A DNA stretch of 64,000 nucleotides, from contig CATNEN010000001.1 in the NCBI GenBank assembly GCA_950097015.1, positions 6,262,001-6,326,000 of the forward strand, given 5' to 3'. The notes beneath the pieces are model-generated. The model did not search any database, was not told the origin of the DNA, and saw only the letters and a list, made by a program, of their open reading frames with translations. Below are positions 47,501 to 60,239 of the stretch, in pieces (positions within the stretch are counted from its first letter, which is position 1; every line of letters begins with the position of its first letter). This DNA comes from Macrostomum hystrix. Its lineage: Eukaryota; Animalia; Platyhelminthes. Made by a program: the position numbers and the translations under genes.

Positions 47501-50500
47501 CAGTTGGCTTGTCAGTTTATTAGTGGTGTAAGAGGGTCTGTAGTCAGTTGGCTTGTCAGTTTATTAGTGGTGTAAGAGGGTCTGTAGTCAGTTGGCTTGT
47601 CAGTTTATTAGTGGTGTAAGATTGTCTGTAGCCAGTTGGCTTGTCAGTTTATTAGTGGTGTAAGAGGGTCTGTAGTCAGTTGGCTTGTCAGTTTATTAGT
47701 GGTGTAAGATGGTCTGTAGTCAGTTGGCTTTTCAGTTTATTAGTGGTGTAAGAGGGTCTGTAGTCAGTTGGCTTGTCAGTTTATTAGTGGTGTAAGATTG
47801 TCTGTAGCCAGTTGGCTTGTCAGTTTATTAGTGGTGTAAGAGGGTCTGTAGTCAGTTGGCTTGTCAGTTTATTAGTGGTGTAAGAGGGTCTGTAGTCAGT
47901 TGGCTTGTCAGTTTATTAGTGGTGTAAGATTGTCTGTAGCCAGTTGGCTTGTCAGTTTATTAGTGGTGTAAGAGGGTCTGTAGTCAGTTGGCTTGTCAGT
48001 TTATTAGTGGTGTAAGAGGGTCTGTAGTCAGTTGGCTTGTCAGTTTATTAGTGGTGTAAGATTGTCTGTAGTCATTTGGCTTGTCAGTTTATTAGTGGTG
48101 TAAGAGGGTCTGTAGTCAGTTGGCTTGTCAGTTTATTAGTGGTGTAAGAGGGTCTGTAGTCAGTTAGCTTGTCAGTTTATTAGTGGTGTAAGATTGTCTG
48201 TAGTCAGTTGGCTTGTCAGTTTATTAGTGGTGTAAGAGGGTCTGTAGTCAGTTGGCTTGTCAGTTTATTAGTGGTGTAAGATTGTCTGTAGTCAGTTAGC
48301 TTGTCAGTTTATTAGTGGTGTAAGAGGGTCTGTAGTCAGTTGGCTTGTCAGTTTATTAGTGGTGTAAGAGGGTCTGTAGTCAGTTGGCTTGTCAGTTTAT
48401 TAGTGGTGTAAGAGGGTCTGTAGTCAGTTGGCTTGTCAGTTTATTAGTGGTGTAAGAGGGTCTGTAGTCAGTTGGCTTGTCAGTTTATTAGTGGGGTAAG
48501 ATTGTCTGTAGCCAGTTGGCTTGTCAGTTTATTAGTGGTGTAAGAGGGTCTGTAGTCAGTTTCGAAAATTGGTCTAAAAATCAATGCAGCAAACCCGATT
48601 AGATTACTTACTCTTTTAAGGTATAGAGCCATGCCCAATAAAGTGAGGTAGAGAATCGTCTGCCTGTGAAACAAACACTGAGCAACCGGTTCGTCGCTAT
48701 TGTAAAGCGACGGGCAGTCCAACAATTGAAAGTAGCTAGTTCGAAATGCATTTGCTGTTATTTCCAGTTTTCGTTTAAGTCTATCGATGTCCTGGGATTT
48801 TAAAATGGTTAGTAGCCATCTCGTGTTAGGATGATCCAGTGGATAGAATTTCGGTACTGCATAGTAGTAGCAGGAGTCTAGTCCATACAGAGGGTCCAAG
48901 TAAGCTGACGGTTGCGGCAGATTTGCCAGCATCTGCTGATTTTGCATCGACTAATTTAGCTGTCGCTTAGTACAGGATAATCCGTGCAATTTTCTTTAAC
49001 AGACTAGTCTAACTTTGTTTCTTTCATAATTTTTGCCTCTTTCATTTATTAGCTGTTTTAGTCAGTCTGTGCAAAGCTTTGCAAAGCCATAGACTATAGA
49101 GATCTAGAGACAAGTTCAAGGCTTTTGAATTGCACAAGAACGAGTACTTGTAGGGTCATTCTCAAATTAATGCTCGGAAATAGTGTGTTGTAAAAAAAGT
49201 TTTTGACAATTGCAAAAAACTTTATTTATTCTAATCTGTGTCTCTAGTAGAGTGCAAAATAGAAACCAGAACCACAAAATAACATTAATATGGACCAGCA
49301 TTTACATTTGTTTATTGCCTTCAAAAACACCGTAAATTATTTTGCTTTCTGACGTACATTTTGCTATTAGATAAGGTCATACAAAAAGTACATATTTTTT
49401 TTAGTTTTCGTATATTAAACATAGTTGTCTTATTTTAGAAAAATCTTTTATTATTGTTTTTTGTTATATCTAATAAAATTAACATAGTTAATGTACATTT
49501 TTTCTGAAAAAATTCAAAATTTTCCAAGGTCCAGAAGCTTCGAACAATTGGAATGTATACATATAGCACAATTTTTATTTAATTGGCCGTCAAGGAAATT
49601 CTTGTAATAAAATGAAGCAATGATGATATGAAATTCAGAGGTGCGTGTCTTGTCAATAAAAATTCACATTTTTACACTATTTTGGCATTTCTTATGTCAT
49701 GAAATCTCCTTTCCAGACACAAAAAATGTTACAATAAGCAAATTATGGTGTATCTTTCATTTTCTATAATAATTAGAAATATTCAAAACACGTAGATTTA
49801 TTCCTTAGGAAGGTGGCATCATATCTGTAATATTTCCATGTATTAAGGTACCAGTATATGCGAGAAATCTTTTTTCTTGACAGTGTTGTTGTGCATAAGC
49901 ATTCGAGTCGATTTTTATATTTTTTATGTTTGCTGTTTTTAAATACAATTAGTATATTGCTAATAATTACGAATTAATTCAGATACAGTATCGTGATATA
50001 AATATATATAAGAGAATGCGAATTGCTTCTGTCTTTTTATTTTATTCGCTTTCAAAAATGGAGCTTCAATACCTCACAGAATTTATTTACCTTTTAGTTT
50101 TCAAATGAAATTCTTCGAAAAAAGCTGAGTCACAGCACTTAGTGGCATAAATTTAATAGTCATTTTAGCTTAGATTACTTTTAAATTCATTAGATGGGAG
50201 TAGTACTTAATATTTTATCATAATTAAGCTTGCAGTCGTGAACTTTTATGGCAAATGCGCATGCGCGGAAAATTTAAAACTTCGCAAAAAATTTATTTGT
50301 GATTTTAAACAACGTAAGAATGCAGTAAAAACGCTATTTTTTCATTTTTTCAAATGTTTAGAAAACTTTCAAAAGTATTGAATCCTCGCAGCACACTTTA
50401 AAACGATAAAAATAGTGAAAAAAATATTTTTTTTGTTAATGCCTTCTCGGTACATAATTTTGAGAATGACCCTGTAGTGTTTTTGTATTAGTACATAATC

Positions 50501-53500
50501 TTTTTTTAGTAAACATCCCGCTAAAAAATTGGGATTTTTTGTTTGGGGTGATTCCAGTTGGAATCTGCGGTGTTTCCAGAAAAAGAAACAGTCGAACGCT
50601 GGAAACAGACCAATCGGATAAAACTGGGCGGTTTCTCGGTGCTTCTTGGTGGCGAAATGGTATCACCCAAAAAATCCGCCAGTTCGTGAGATTCCATGCT
50701 CAGAAACCGCCGAGGAATCGACCGTAAAGAATTCTCTCGTTGTCCCATGGGCCACTGGTTCGGGTGATTTTTCGGCGGTTTCCGCACAATTTACGATCAC
50801 ATCGGCTGCTTCCTGGGTGGTTTCTTTAACTCTTGCGAGATAGGGGGGATTTTGGTAGATTCCACTCCTATTTTGCACAACCCGCCGAAGAAGCAGCCGA
50901 ATTTTTTACAGTGATGTAATTTATTGTTTTGCTTTACATTTATTTCGTTTTGTCTCCTTTAAATTTTCAGTTCTTTATTAAGGCCAATGATGTCAAGACA
51001 AAGAAAAGATCAGGCCTCATGCAATACCTGATCGATTATTATACTGCTCAAATGATGTGAGTTGTTTTTCTTAAAATTATCTTCGAAATTCGAAACAGTT
51101 TAAATTAGCATTTATCCATTGTGTTCTCACTCTATCAAGGTATTTCGAAGAGTCGGTGAAGACTCTAAAACACCTGGGCTGCTACATGCAGGACATGGTT
51201 AGCACTGTTGAAGAATTGCGCAATGAGCAAGACGAAGAGAGGCGCACCCTCGTACGACTAAGAGACGAACTTAAGACCGCCCTTGCTGAGAGAGACGTAA
51301 GTTGGTTTTGATGAACTGTACCTGTGTGGCTTCTAATATTTGTTTCGCCTATTTCGAGTCGCTTTTTTATGTCACTTATTTTACTTCACAATCCTTCTTG
51401 CTATGTCTCTCAATCATTTGTTTCACAAGGCTTACAATGTGCTCGAGTCCTTATTCCAATTGCTATGGCTTTAAATCCTGATTGATTTGGCTTTTTATCG
51501 ATATGATATTGATATGAAACCTGATTGCTATTTGCCTGACTCCTGGTTGCTATGTTACTGAATCCTGGTTGCTATGTGACTGAATCCTGGTTGCTATGTT
51601 ACGGAATCCTGGTTGCTATGTTACTGAATCCTGGTTGCTATGTAACTAAATCCTGGTTGCTATGTAACTGAATCCTGGTTGCTATGTGCCTGAATCCTGG
51701 TTGCTATGTAACTGAATCCTGGTTGCTATGTAACTGAATCCTGGTTGCTATGTAACTGAATCCTGGTTGCTATGTGCCTGAATCCTGGTTGCTATGTAAC
51801 TGAATCCTGGTTGCTATGTGACTGAGTCGTGGTTGCTATGTTTGTTGATAATGCAACCTTTGCTTACAATACATTCGAATTATGAATTTTATACAATGAA
51901 TTTCATAATTTGATTTCGTGTCAATAACGCCCGTTTTTTAGTTGTAGAACTTTTTTTAATTTTCTTGGTAAGTTTGTTGCCTGTTTCAATTGCCTAGAAA
52001 AAATGCATATGGCTATAAAATGATGCTGCTATTGGTTTTCAGCTTCTATTTCAAACTAAGTAACTTCAATTTCGTCCGCCAGACCGGCCTGCCCAAATTA
52101 GAGTAAATCAATTTAATAAAATGTACGTCAAAATTATGTATTGAAAGTACAGGCCCATCATGGCCTATATTAATGTTTGAAGCTGGATGAAATAGAAGTT
52201 GAAAACCGATACTGGAGCACTTTAAAAAGCAATTTTTGGCACATGGAGGCCTTGATTATGAGCTCGATGAGGCTACAAATAAGGAAATAAATTATCAAAA
52301 CGTGATCCTTTGTTCCGCCTCCAATCAGAAGCAAGCACTAAATTATTTGTGCAGAAAAACAATTTACTAAATTTCTGCGCAAGAAACAGTTTTCTCCTAA
52401 ACTAAAAACGTGGTTTTCTGTCATTCTACGAGCGTATTCCTAGTGGTACTTAATTGTATAAAAAGTAGAATCAGTTGACTCACTAATTAAAAGTCGTTCA
52501 CTCGTTCCTGGCACGAATGCTATGAAGCACTTTTATTCACTCATAAAAACATTGCCAATCAGAAATCTTCAGCTAAAAATGATTGATTTATAATCTTAAG
52601 AATAGAATGTACAATTTAGTCGTATTTATTCTGGACGTTACTTAACCACTTACAAAAATTGATTTCTTTGATTGTGCATTTTAACAGTTGCTTTTTTAAG
52701 TGTTCATGCTAATAATTAAAGGACTAGTATGAAGAAATTAATGTTATCTTACCTGTTATTTAATAATTTATTGTATTCCTTTATTCTATTATTTTTAATA
52801 AAAAACTCATTTGTTTTAGCTGGCCAGTCATAGTAGACGAATGTCTGCGGTAAGAAAGTGATGCAATGAGCAATTATTTCTAATAAAATTTATTTTTCAT
52901 AGTTCATGTTGTCATATATTTATTAGTACTTCTAATAATATTATTAGATATATCGCAATACCTTTTAGAATATGTGTGCATAGTTATTTTCTTATCTAAG
53001 TCTCATCTGCATCATTATATTCTTAGTTAGGTTGATCAATCCGAGTTACTATCTTTCATCGAACTAGTGCATCGATTGAGCGAGCTGTAACCTAATGCAA
53101 TAATATGTTCACTGCTGCTTTGTTGTACAAATATGACAACGCCCTGTTTCTTTTGTGCTATGATGATTGTATATTTATAATCTTGATACTCAGCAATAGA
53201 AATTTTGTCATCTTTGTTGTACAAATCAATAATTCAATACGAGTTATATTAATGTCTCTTTATAGTGAGCCAGTGGTAGCTATATATTCAATTCGCCCAT
53301 AGATAGATGAGACAGAAGAGATAAGGCAAGGAAGAGATGAGATAGGGAAGAGATGAGACAAGAGAAAGATGAGGTAGGGGAGATATTAGACGGGGGGAGA
53401 GATGAGGGAGACATGAGACAAGGGGAGACGTAAGATGGTGAGATAAGAGACGGGCGGAGATAAGAGACAAAGGGAAGATTAGAGACATGGGGAATAAGCT

Positions 53501-56500
53501 AAGAGAGAGAGATGAGACTAGTGAGTATGTTTATACAGTATGTTTATATGTTTAGCCTGTGAGTCAAATGTACTAGCTGGCCCTGTTCTGAAATGCTCAC
53601 ATCATACTACCCTTATTTCGCTTTTTTCAAATGTTGCATAACAGAATTATAAAACTTATTGCGCAATAACCAAAACAATCCTGATCCCTAACTAAGACGC
53701 CAAGCGCACTCACCTCGGGTGGCTCTCTGTCCATGTCAGCGGCTGGCGCTGCCGGTAGTCTCGCTGCTTCTTCATCTGGCGGAGCAGCCGCAGCAGCAAC
53801 AGCAGCAGCAGCAGCGGTGGCAGCCTCCGGCTCAGCTTCATCATCAGCAGCCGGTGCGGGTTACTCGCTGCACCAGAGTCAGGGTAACAGAGCGCACGGC
53901 ACCTGTAAAATTGGCTACCTAATGAAGCGCTCCGAGGGCAAGGTGAAACGAGTCTGGCAGAAGCGTCGAGCAGCTGTTGATGAGGATCGATTTCTTCTCT
54001 ATCACGCCGACGAATCCAAGCCGCCGGTTTCTCTGCTGCTGCTCACCTGTCAGGTGCGCCAGTCTCCTGAGGATCGAAGCAAACGAGCTTTTAGATTGAT
54101 ATCTAACAACCGGACTTATTATTTCCAATGCGACTCCGGCCCCGATGCTGAGCATTGGGTCTCCGTGCTCAATAATGCCAAAGAGAAAGTATTTCAAGCC
54201 GCTATGGGCGCGCCATTGTCCGGCGTTAACGACGGCAGCTCCGGTTCCGGCGCCAATCCGGCTGAGAATCTGCGAGCGGCCATCATTAGGGAGATTCGCT
54301 GTCTGCCTGGCAACAATGTGTGCGCCGACTGCTGCGCTCCTGGTGAGTGGGGCCTCGGCTTGCTGGATAGGAATTGCTGGGACTCTCCAACATCCTTTTG
54401 GGACTTCTCTTATTCTTTTACTTTATAATTCCCCTCATTCCTCTTATAATTCCCCTCATTCCTCTTATAATTCCCCTCATTCCTCTTATAATTCCCCTCA
54501 TTCTTCTTATAATTCCCCTCATTCCTCTTATAATTCCCCTCATTCTTCTTATAATTCCCCTCATTCCTCTTATAATTCCCCTCATTCCTCTTATAATTCC
54601 CCTCATTCCTCTTATAATTCCCCTCATTCTTCTTATTATTCCCCTCATTCCTCTTATAATTCCCCTCATTCCTCTTATAATTCCCCTCATTCCTCTTATA
54701 ATTCCCCTCATTCCTCTTATAATTCCCCTCATTCCTTCAGGAACTCCCCCATTCCTCTGGTAGTTTCCCTCATTCCTCTAGGATTTTCCTTCATTCCTCT
54801 TGGAATTCCTGTCATTCCTTTAGTAAATGCCCTCATTCATTTAGGCCCTCAACGCCCTTTATTCGTCAAGGAATTCCCCTCATTTGTTTTTTGATTTCCC
54901 TTATTCCTCTAGGAACTGCACTCATTCTACCTAGGATTATCATCATTCCTCTAGGAATTCCCTCATCCTCTAGGGATTCCCCTTATCCTCTAGGGATTCC
55001 CCTCATTCCATGTAGAGATTCCCTTTATTCCTCTAGGGATTCCCATCATTCACCTAGGATTTTCCCTCATTTCTCTAGGAATTTCCCCATTTCTTTAGAG
55101 ATTTCCCTCATTCTTTTTTTATTTTCCAACTTCTTTAGAGATATCCATTATTCCCCTAGGAATTCGCCTCATTCTTCTGGGGATTTCCCTAATTCCTCTA
55201 GGACTTCCCTCTTGGACTTTCCGCATTCCTCTCCTTATTCCACTCATTTATCTAGGCATTTTCTTAATTCCTCTAGGGATTCCCAGTATTTCATAAAAGA
55301 TTTCCCTTTATATCCTTTAAATGTGTCCTTTATGTGGAGATTTCTAACCCGATTAATTTCGCAAATTGTCCTTAATTACAGTTTAGTATTATATTTAGTA
55401 CATGCTATAACCAACCTGTCCGCAGATCCTGAGTGGATGAGCACCAACCTGGGCATTCTGATCTGCCTGGAGTGCTGCGGCATCCACCGCGATCTCGGTG
55501 TACACATCTCCCGCACCCAGTCGCTGGTCATGGACGATCTGACCACGGCCCAACTGCTAGTCAGTCGCTTCGTTGGCAACAAGATGTTCAACGAAGTATT
55601 TGAAGCTGTCATGCCGGATAATGTTAAACCGCGCGCCGCTGTTAATAGCTCTGTGGACTTGTGAGTTCGACTGACTTGCTGAATAGGGGATCCTAATTAA
55701 GTTTTTGATTACCTACGAGTATAAAATGGGATTTTTATTTGAGGGCCTGCGACACTTGAAAATGGGATTTTAATCATAATTTTGAGAAATTGCTTTTTTA
55801 ACTGAATTGTACTCACGCACTACTCAAACCGCCCCAAACTTATCCAGGCAGCAACTAATGGACACTAGGAAGATTTTCATTCGCGCCAAATACGTTGATC
55901 GTTGCTACGTATTTCGCACCGTCAATCTACCTTCGTCTGCAGCGTCGGCCTCCGGCGTCGACTCGCCAAACGCCGTCGAAGGCCTTCAATCGTTGAAAAG
56001 CGATTTGTTAAAAGCTGTTAGGCATCAGAACATGCCGCTACTGTTGCAGGCTTTCGCCGAAGGCTGCGACCTATTTGCCCAGTACAGCAACGGCGAGACG
56101 GCGATGCACATTCTGCTCCGGGAGGGCGACGAGTGCGTGAGCTTGGCCATCGTTGACTTCATGCTGCAGAACTCGCCTGCCGCGGCTTTGAAACGATCCA
56201 CCGTATCTTCGGGCGAGACCCTGCTGCACTATTGCGTCAATTACAATAGGCCCGACTGCTTGAAGCTCTGCCTGCGCACCTCGCTGTCTGCTAGTCTGGG
56301 CGTCAGGAATCACGCTGGACTGACTGCGACGGATATTTGCGATCAGCTCAACTTGCCAATCTGCTCTGATTTGGTTAGTTTTATGACCTACTGTACCTTG
56401 CTGGGGGCCGAATGAGGAACAATCAGAAACAATATATAGGCAACGGTTAATAGATCCGGGTTTGTTTAGCGGCCACAAATAGTGCCGGTTAACAGATGCG

Positions 56501-57696
56501 GCTGTGTCACTGGCTTTACAACTGTCCTATTCTTCACCCCCACATAATTACCAAATCCATCAGCTTCGAGCCCTGGAGAACGGCAATACGGCAGTGTTTG
56601 AAAATGTGACGAATTTCGAATGGCGTCTAGCCTCAAGCGGCGCCGGGGCAACTGGCTCGTACGAGGACATGTATCCTTCGGTTGATTATTATTCGGACGA
56701 CGATGCGTCTAGCGGCGCAGCGGGCGGCGTTGCAGTCGGCGCCGCAGCAGTCGACGCTGATTTTCCTCAGCTGCGCACCCTCACCGCTTCGTCGACATCC
56801 GGAGGCGGCGGCGGCGGCAGCGGGTCCGCCACGCTAGCCGGAGGCCCCAGCGGTCGTCGTCGAGGCTGGTCCTATTATCCGTCGCCCAGCAAGTCGGCCA
56901 CATCGACGCCAAAAGCGACTTCGGGCTCAGTGCCGATATCTGCTTCGGCTGGTGCCGCGGGTGCATCTGGATCGCCTAGGATCCAGCAGCAGCAGCAGCA
57001 GCAGCAGCAGTCAGCTGGTAGCTACGGCAGCGGATTTGTTACACTACCTCGTCGACCCAGCAAGGTTTGTCTTATTTTTGCCTATAGGTCGAGAGTTCGA
57101 AGCCTAGCCAAGAAAATTCGCGTGTGGGTTTCGGCCACTCTGTCCACGGACTATTAGGTGTCAACTCTTCCTCTATTTGTAAATGATTTTGTTCAATTAT
57201 TTGCCAGGTGAAAAAGGCTCCACCGCCGCCGCCGTCAACTAGTTCAACAATGACAGCGGCAGCAGCTCCGGCTGCGTCCTCGTCTTCAACGGCCATGTCG
57301 ATGTCGCTCTACGGCTCCGAGTCGCTGTTCAAATCGCCGCTGCCAGCGAATCCGAGTCGGTCAGCCGCGGCCGCCAACGGCAATTCAAATCTGATGCCCG
57401 CCGACTCGCGCCAGCTGCGTCGGGCCGGCTCCTACGACAACATCGACGTCATCATCGACGCCTTGATGGAAGATCCTACTGGAGAAGACGAAGGCGATGC
57501 CAGCGACAATGAGGAGGACTATGCCGGGAGGCGAAGGCGGCAGCCGCAGCCGCAGCCGCAGCCGCGTCACACTCTGCACAAAGCTGTGCCCGATGATCCG
57601 TCGGTTGATAAACGGAATTGGACTAGTCCCAAGGTTTCCACGGCGGTGGCTGTGAAGCTGAAGCCTGCACTGCCGCCGGGGCAGCCGCTCGCTACT

Positions 57697-57741
<45 letters not shown>

Positions 57742-57827
57742 GCACCGCCCAAACGAGCTCCTAAGCCAAAGATAGATAAATCCTTGTTAGCAATGTCACC
57801 TACCAGTAAGCAGTCGCCTCAAGCTGT

Positions 57828-57862
<35 letters not shown>

Positions 57863-59761
57863 CACAGCCGCACGGGCACTCTGCTCCGATTGCTTCCAGT
57901 GATTCTGATGCTGAATCTGCTCGACAAAGTTTGCCATCGTCGCCTCAGCAGATTCAGCGTCCAGCATCGAGCGCGGGCAACGCGGCATCGGCTGCAGATT
58001 CAACGCTGGACAAGAACACCTTGAAGCGACAGTCAACTTTGGACTCTCCTGCTGCTGCTGCTGCCTCATCAGAGACGCCCGCTCGCTGCGTGGCCATGTA
58101 CGATTGCCAAGCCGAGTTTCCTAACGAATTAAGTTTCGCAAAAGGCGAAGTGTTGCGCATTACTAGGCGAGAGAATGAGGATTGGTGGGTGAGTAAATCC
58201 GCGATTGCGATCGCTTTCGTGAGTTCTTTGCGAACACGTTTATATTTTCTAGTAGTGTTTTGTCTATTTTATTTTTTAAATCATTTTTCAAGCCCACCCC
58301 GTGTAACCAAACACCCGATGTAACCAAACACCCCATGAAACCAACTAACCCGTGTAGCTAAACACCCCATGAAACCAACTAACCCGTGTAGCTAAACACC
58401 CCATGAAACCAACTAACCCGTGTAGCTAAACACCCCATGAAACCAACTAACCCGTGTAGCTAAACACCCCATGAAACCAACTAACCCGTGTAGCTAAACA
58501 CCCCATGAAACCAGCTAACCCGTGTAGCTAAACACCCCATGAATCCAAACATCCCATGAAACCAACTAACCCGTGTAGCTAAACACCCCATGAAACCAAC
58601 TAACCCGTGTAGCTAAACACCCCATGAAACCAGCTAACCCGTGTAGCTAAACACCCCATGAATCCAAACATCCCATGAAACCAACTAACCCGTGTAGCTA
58701 AACACCCCATGAAACCAACTAACCCGTGTAGCTAAACACCCCATGAAACCAACTAACCCGTGTAGCTAAACACCCCATGAAACCAACTAACCCGTGTAGC
58801 TAAACACCCCATGAAACCAGCTAACCCGTGTAGCTAAACACCCCATGAATCCAAACATCCCATGAAACCAACTAACCCGTGTAGCTAAACACCCCATGAA
58901 ACCAACTAACCCGTGTAGCTAAACACCCCATGAAACCAACTAACCCGTGTAGCTAAACACCCCATGAAACCAACTAACCCGTGTAGCTAAACACCCCATG
59001 AAACCAACTAACCCGTGTAGCTAAACACCCCATGAAACCAGCTAACCCGTGTAGCTAAACACCCCATGAATCCAAACACCCCATGAAACCAACTAACCCG
59101 TGTAGCTAAACACCCCATGAAACCAGCTAACCCGTGTAGCTAAACACCCCATGAATCCAAACATCCCATGAAACCAACTAACCCGTGTAGCTAAACACCC
59201 CATGAATCCAAACATCCCATGAAACCAACCACCTCATGAAATCAACCACCCCATGAAATCAAACACCACATGAAACCAACCACCACATGTAACCAAATAC
59301 CTTATTAACCCGAACACCCCATGAATCCAAACACCCCATGAAACCAACTAACCCGTGTAGCTAAACACCCCATGAAACCAGCTAACCCGTGTAGCTAAAC
59401 ACCCCATGAATCCAAACATCCCATGAAACCAACTAACCCGTGTAGCTAAACACCCCATGAATCCAAACATCCCATGAAACCAACCACCTCATGAAATCAA
59501 CCACCCCATGAAATCAAACACCACATGAAACCAACCACCACATGTAACCAAATACCTTATTAACCCGAACACCCCATGAAACCAAACACCTTATTAAACC
59601 AAACACCCCATGAAACCAATTACCATGGTGTTTAGCTCTAGATAACCTATTACAGCTGCATTAATGTTTCATAATTATTTGAATTCCAGGAAGCCGAAGT
59701 CGAAAGCGACCCATCCAGACGCGGTCTGTTTCCGGTGTCTTTTGTGCACTTTTTAACTTGA
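35554..59761 (+). CDS. ASAP: Arf-GAP with BAR, PH, ankyrin repeat and SH3 domains (ASAP family)
   Basis: Exons, all GT-AG and phase-consistent: 35554-35688, 41794-41866, 41971-42116, 42212-42403, 43635-43688, 50971-51056, 51140-51296, [52820-52849], 53697-54342, 55426-55660, 55848-56373, 56564-57064, 57208-58188, 59690-59761. Motifs: [21 protein letters not shown]; [22 protein letters not shown]; ArfGAP CADC-x16-CLECCGIHR; ANK GETAMH/GETLLH; SH3 AMYDCQA...EDWW|...GLFPVSFV. Confidence 0.93.
36611..36864. mobile_element. hAT-type MITE (254 bp)
   Basis: Imperfect TIRs CAGTGGCAGATCCAGG / CCTAAATCTGCCTCTG; 8-bp TSD TATACAGT. Confidence 0.8.
36991..37640 (-). pseudogene. Helitron RepHel C-terminal PIF1-like helicase fragment, frameshifted
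   Basis: [13 protein letters not shown]; [40 protein letters not shown]; [13 protein letters not shown]...FSHGQLYVA, spread over three ORFs. Confidence 0.9.
39849..41754. repeat. 23-bp minisatellite (GAGTTGATCCATGTCAAATGCTA), ~80 units
   Basis: Direct tandem repeats ending ~40 bp before ASAP exon 2. Confidence 0.95.
43010..43292 (+). mobile_element. SINE family A copy (3' truncated)
   Basis: TTTGCCTCTCGCACCAAGGTCCCTGAGCTCGATTCC head plus family A body. Confidence 0.75.
43305..43482 (-). mobile_element. SINE family B copy, tail-to-tail with family A
   Basis: CAGCCGGCAACACAGCCGCAGCTA...GGAATCGAACCCCGGACC...CTAGGCTACAACC. Confidence 0.65.
44209..48947 (-). CDS. Nested antisense gene in ASAP intron 5, two exons, ~823 aa, weak ankyrin/TRPC-N-terminal-like motifs
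   Basis: Exon 1 48947..48612 runs from ATG to AAAAGA|GTAAGT. Exon 2 46344..44209 follows acceptor CCGCCACAG|GCA. The join is phase 0 and exon 2 is a 2.1-kb non-repetitive open frame. AATAAA on the minus strand at 44087-44082. Confidence 0.75.
46376..48561. repeat. 44-bp minisatellite, ~50 units, filling the nested gene's intron
   Basis: TAGTGGTGTAAGAGGGTCTGTAGTCAGTTGGCTTGTCAGTTTAT, interspersed with an AGATTGTCTGTAGCC variant. Confidence 0.95.
49152..50473. mobile_element. AT-rich non-autonomous TIR element, superfamily unresolved
   Basis: AGGGTCATTCTCAAATTAATG at 49152 and CATAATTTTGAGAATGACCCT ending at 50473 are inverted repeats; TSD ambiguous. Confidence 0.6.
50517..50913. mobile_element. 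Possible CACTA/EnSpm-like MITE
   Basis: GC-richer island with dispersed (AA)CCGCCGA(G/A)GAA motifs in both orientations; ends CCCGCTAAAAAATT / AATTTTTTACAGTG; AT on both flanks. Confidence 0.35.
51536..51841. repeat. 22-bp minisatellite (CTGAATCCTGGTTGCTATGTAA)
   Basis: ~14 tandem units. Confidence 0.9.
54424..54735. repeat. 21-bp minisatellite (TATAATTCCCCTCATTCCTCT), with degenerate continuation to ~55300
   Basis: ~15 tandem units in the intron that splits the ArfGAP zinc finger. Confidence 0.9.
58326..59612. repeat. 34-bp minisatellite (AAACACCCCATGAAACCAACTAACCCGTGTAGCT) built from 17-bp subunits
   Basis: Tandem array in the intron that splits the SH3 domain. Confidence 0.93.
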
Positions 59762-60239
59762 CAATGTATGCATAGGATTTTCGTTTCTTTTGGACTATAT
59801 TGTAAATTTTTCACTTACTACTTATTGATTTATTGATATCTATACATAAATAGTGTTTTAGGACGCAATGTCAACGAATAGTTCAGCTACTCGAGTTTGT
59901 TTTTTCTTGTGATCAACGCAAACCCTAATCAAATGTCGTTTTTATATTTACCTTAGTCCTGTTTTTGGTAGCAGATAAATACGATAAACAAAATTTCATA
60001 TTAACTTTATATAGCTGATATATAGAACGATTTATAGTGCTTGTATCCGATAGTCAAATAATTAAGAAGCTTAAAAATTAAGTGTAGTCAATATTGACTG
60101 CCCCATATTAAATATATCTCAACACATTATACCTTGGGGCTAGTCCAGTTGCACCATGTACTCCATTTGAAACATCACGCCATTAAGGACTTTAAAGTTT
60201 CGTTGCATGAAACACCCCTTTTCACACATAATGCCAGGG

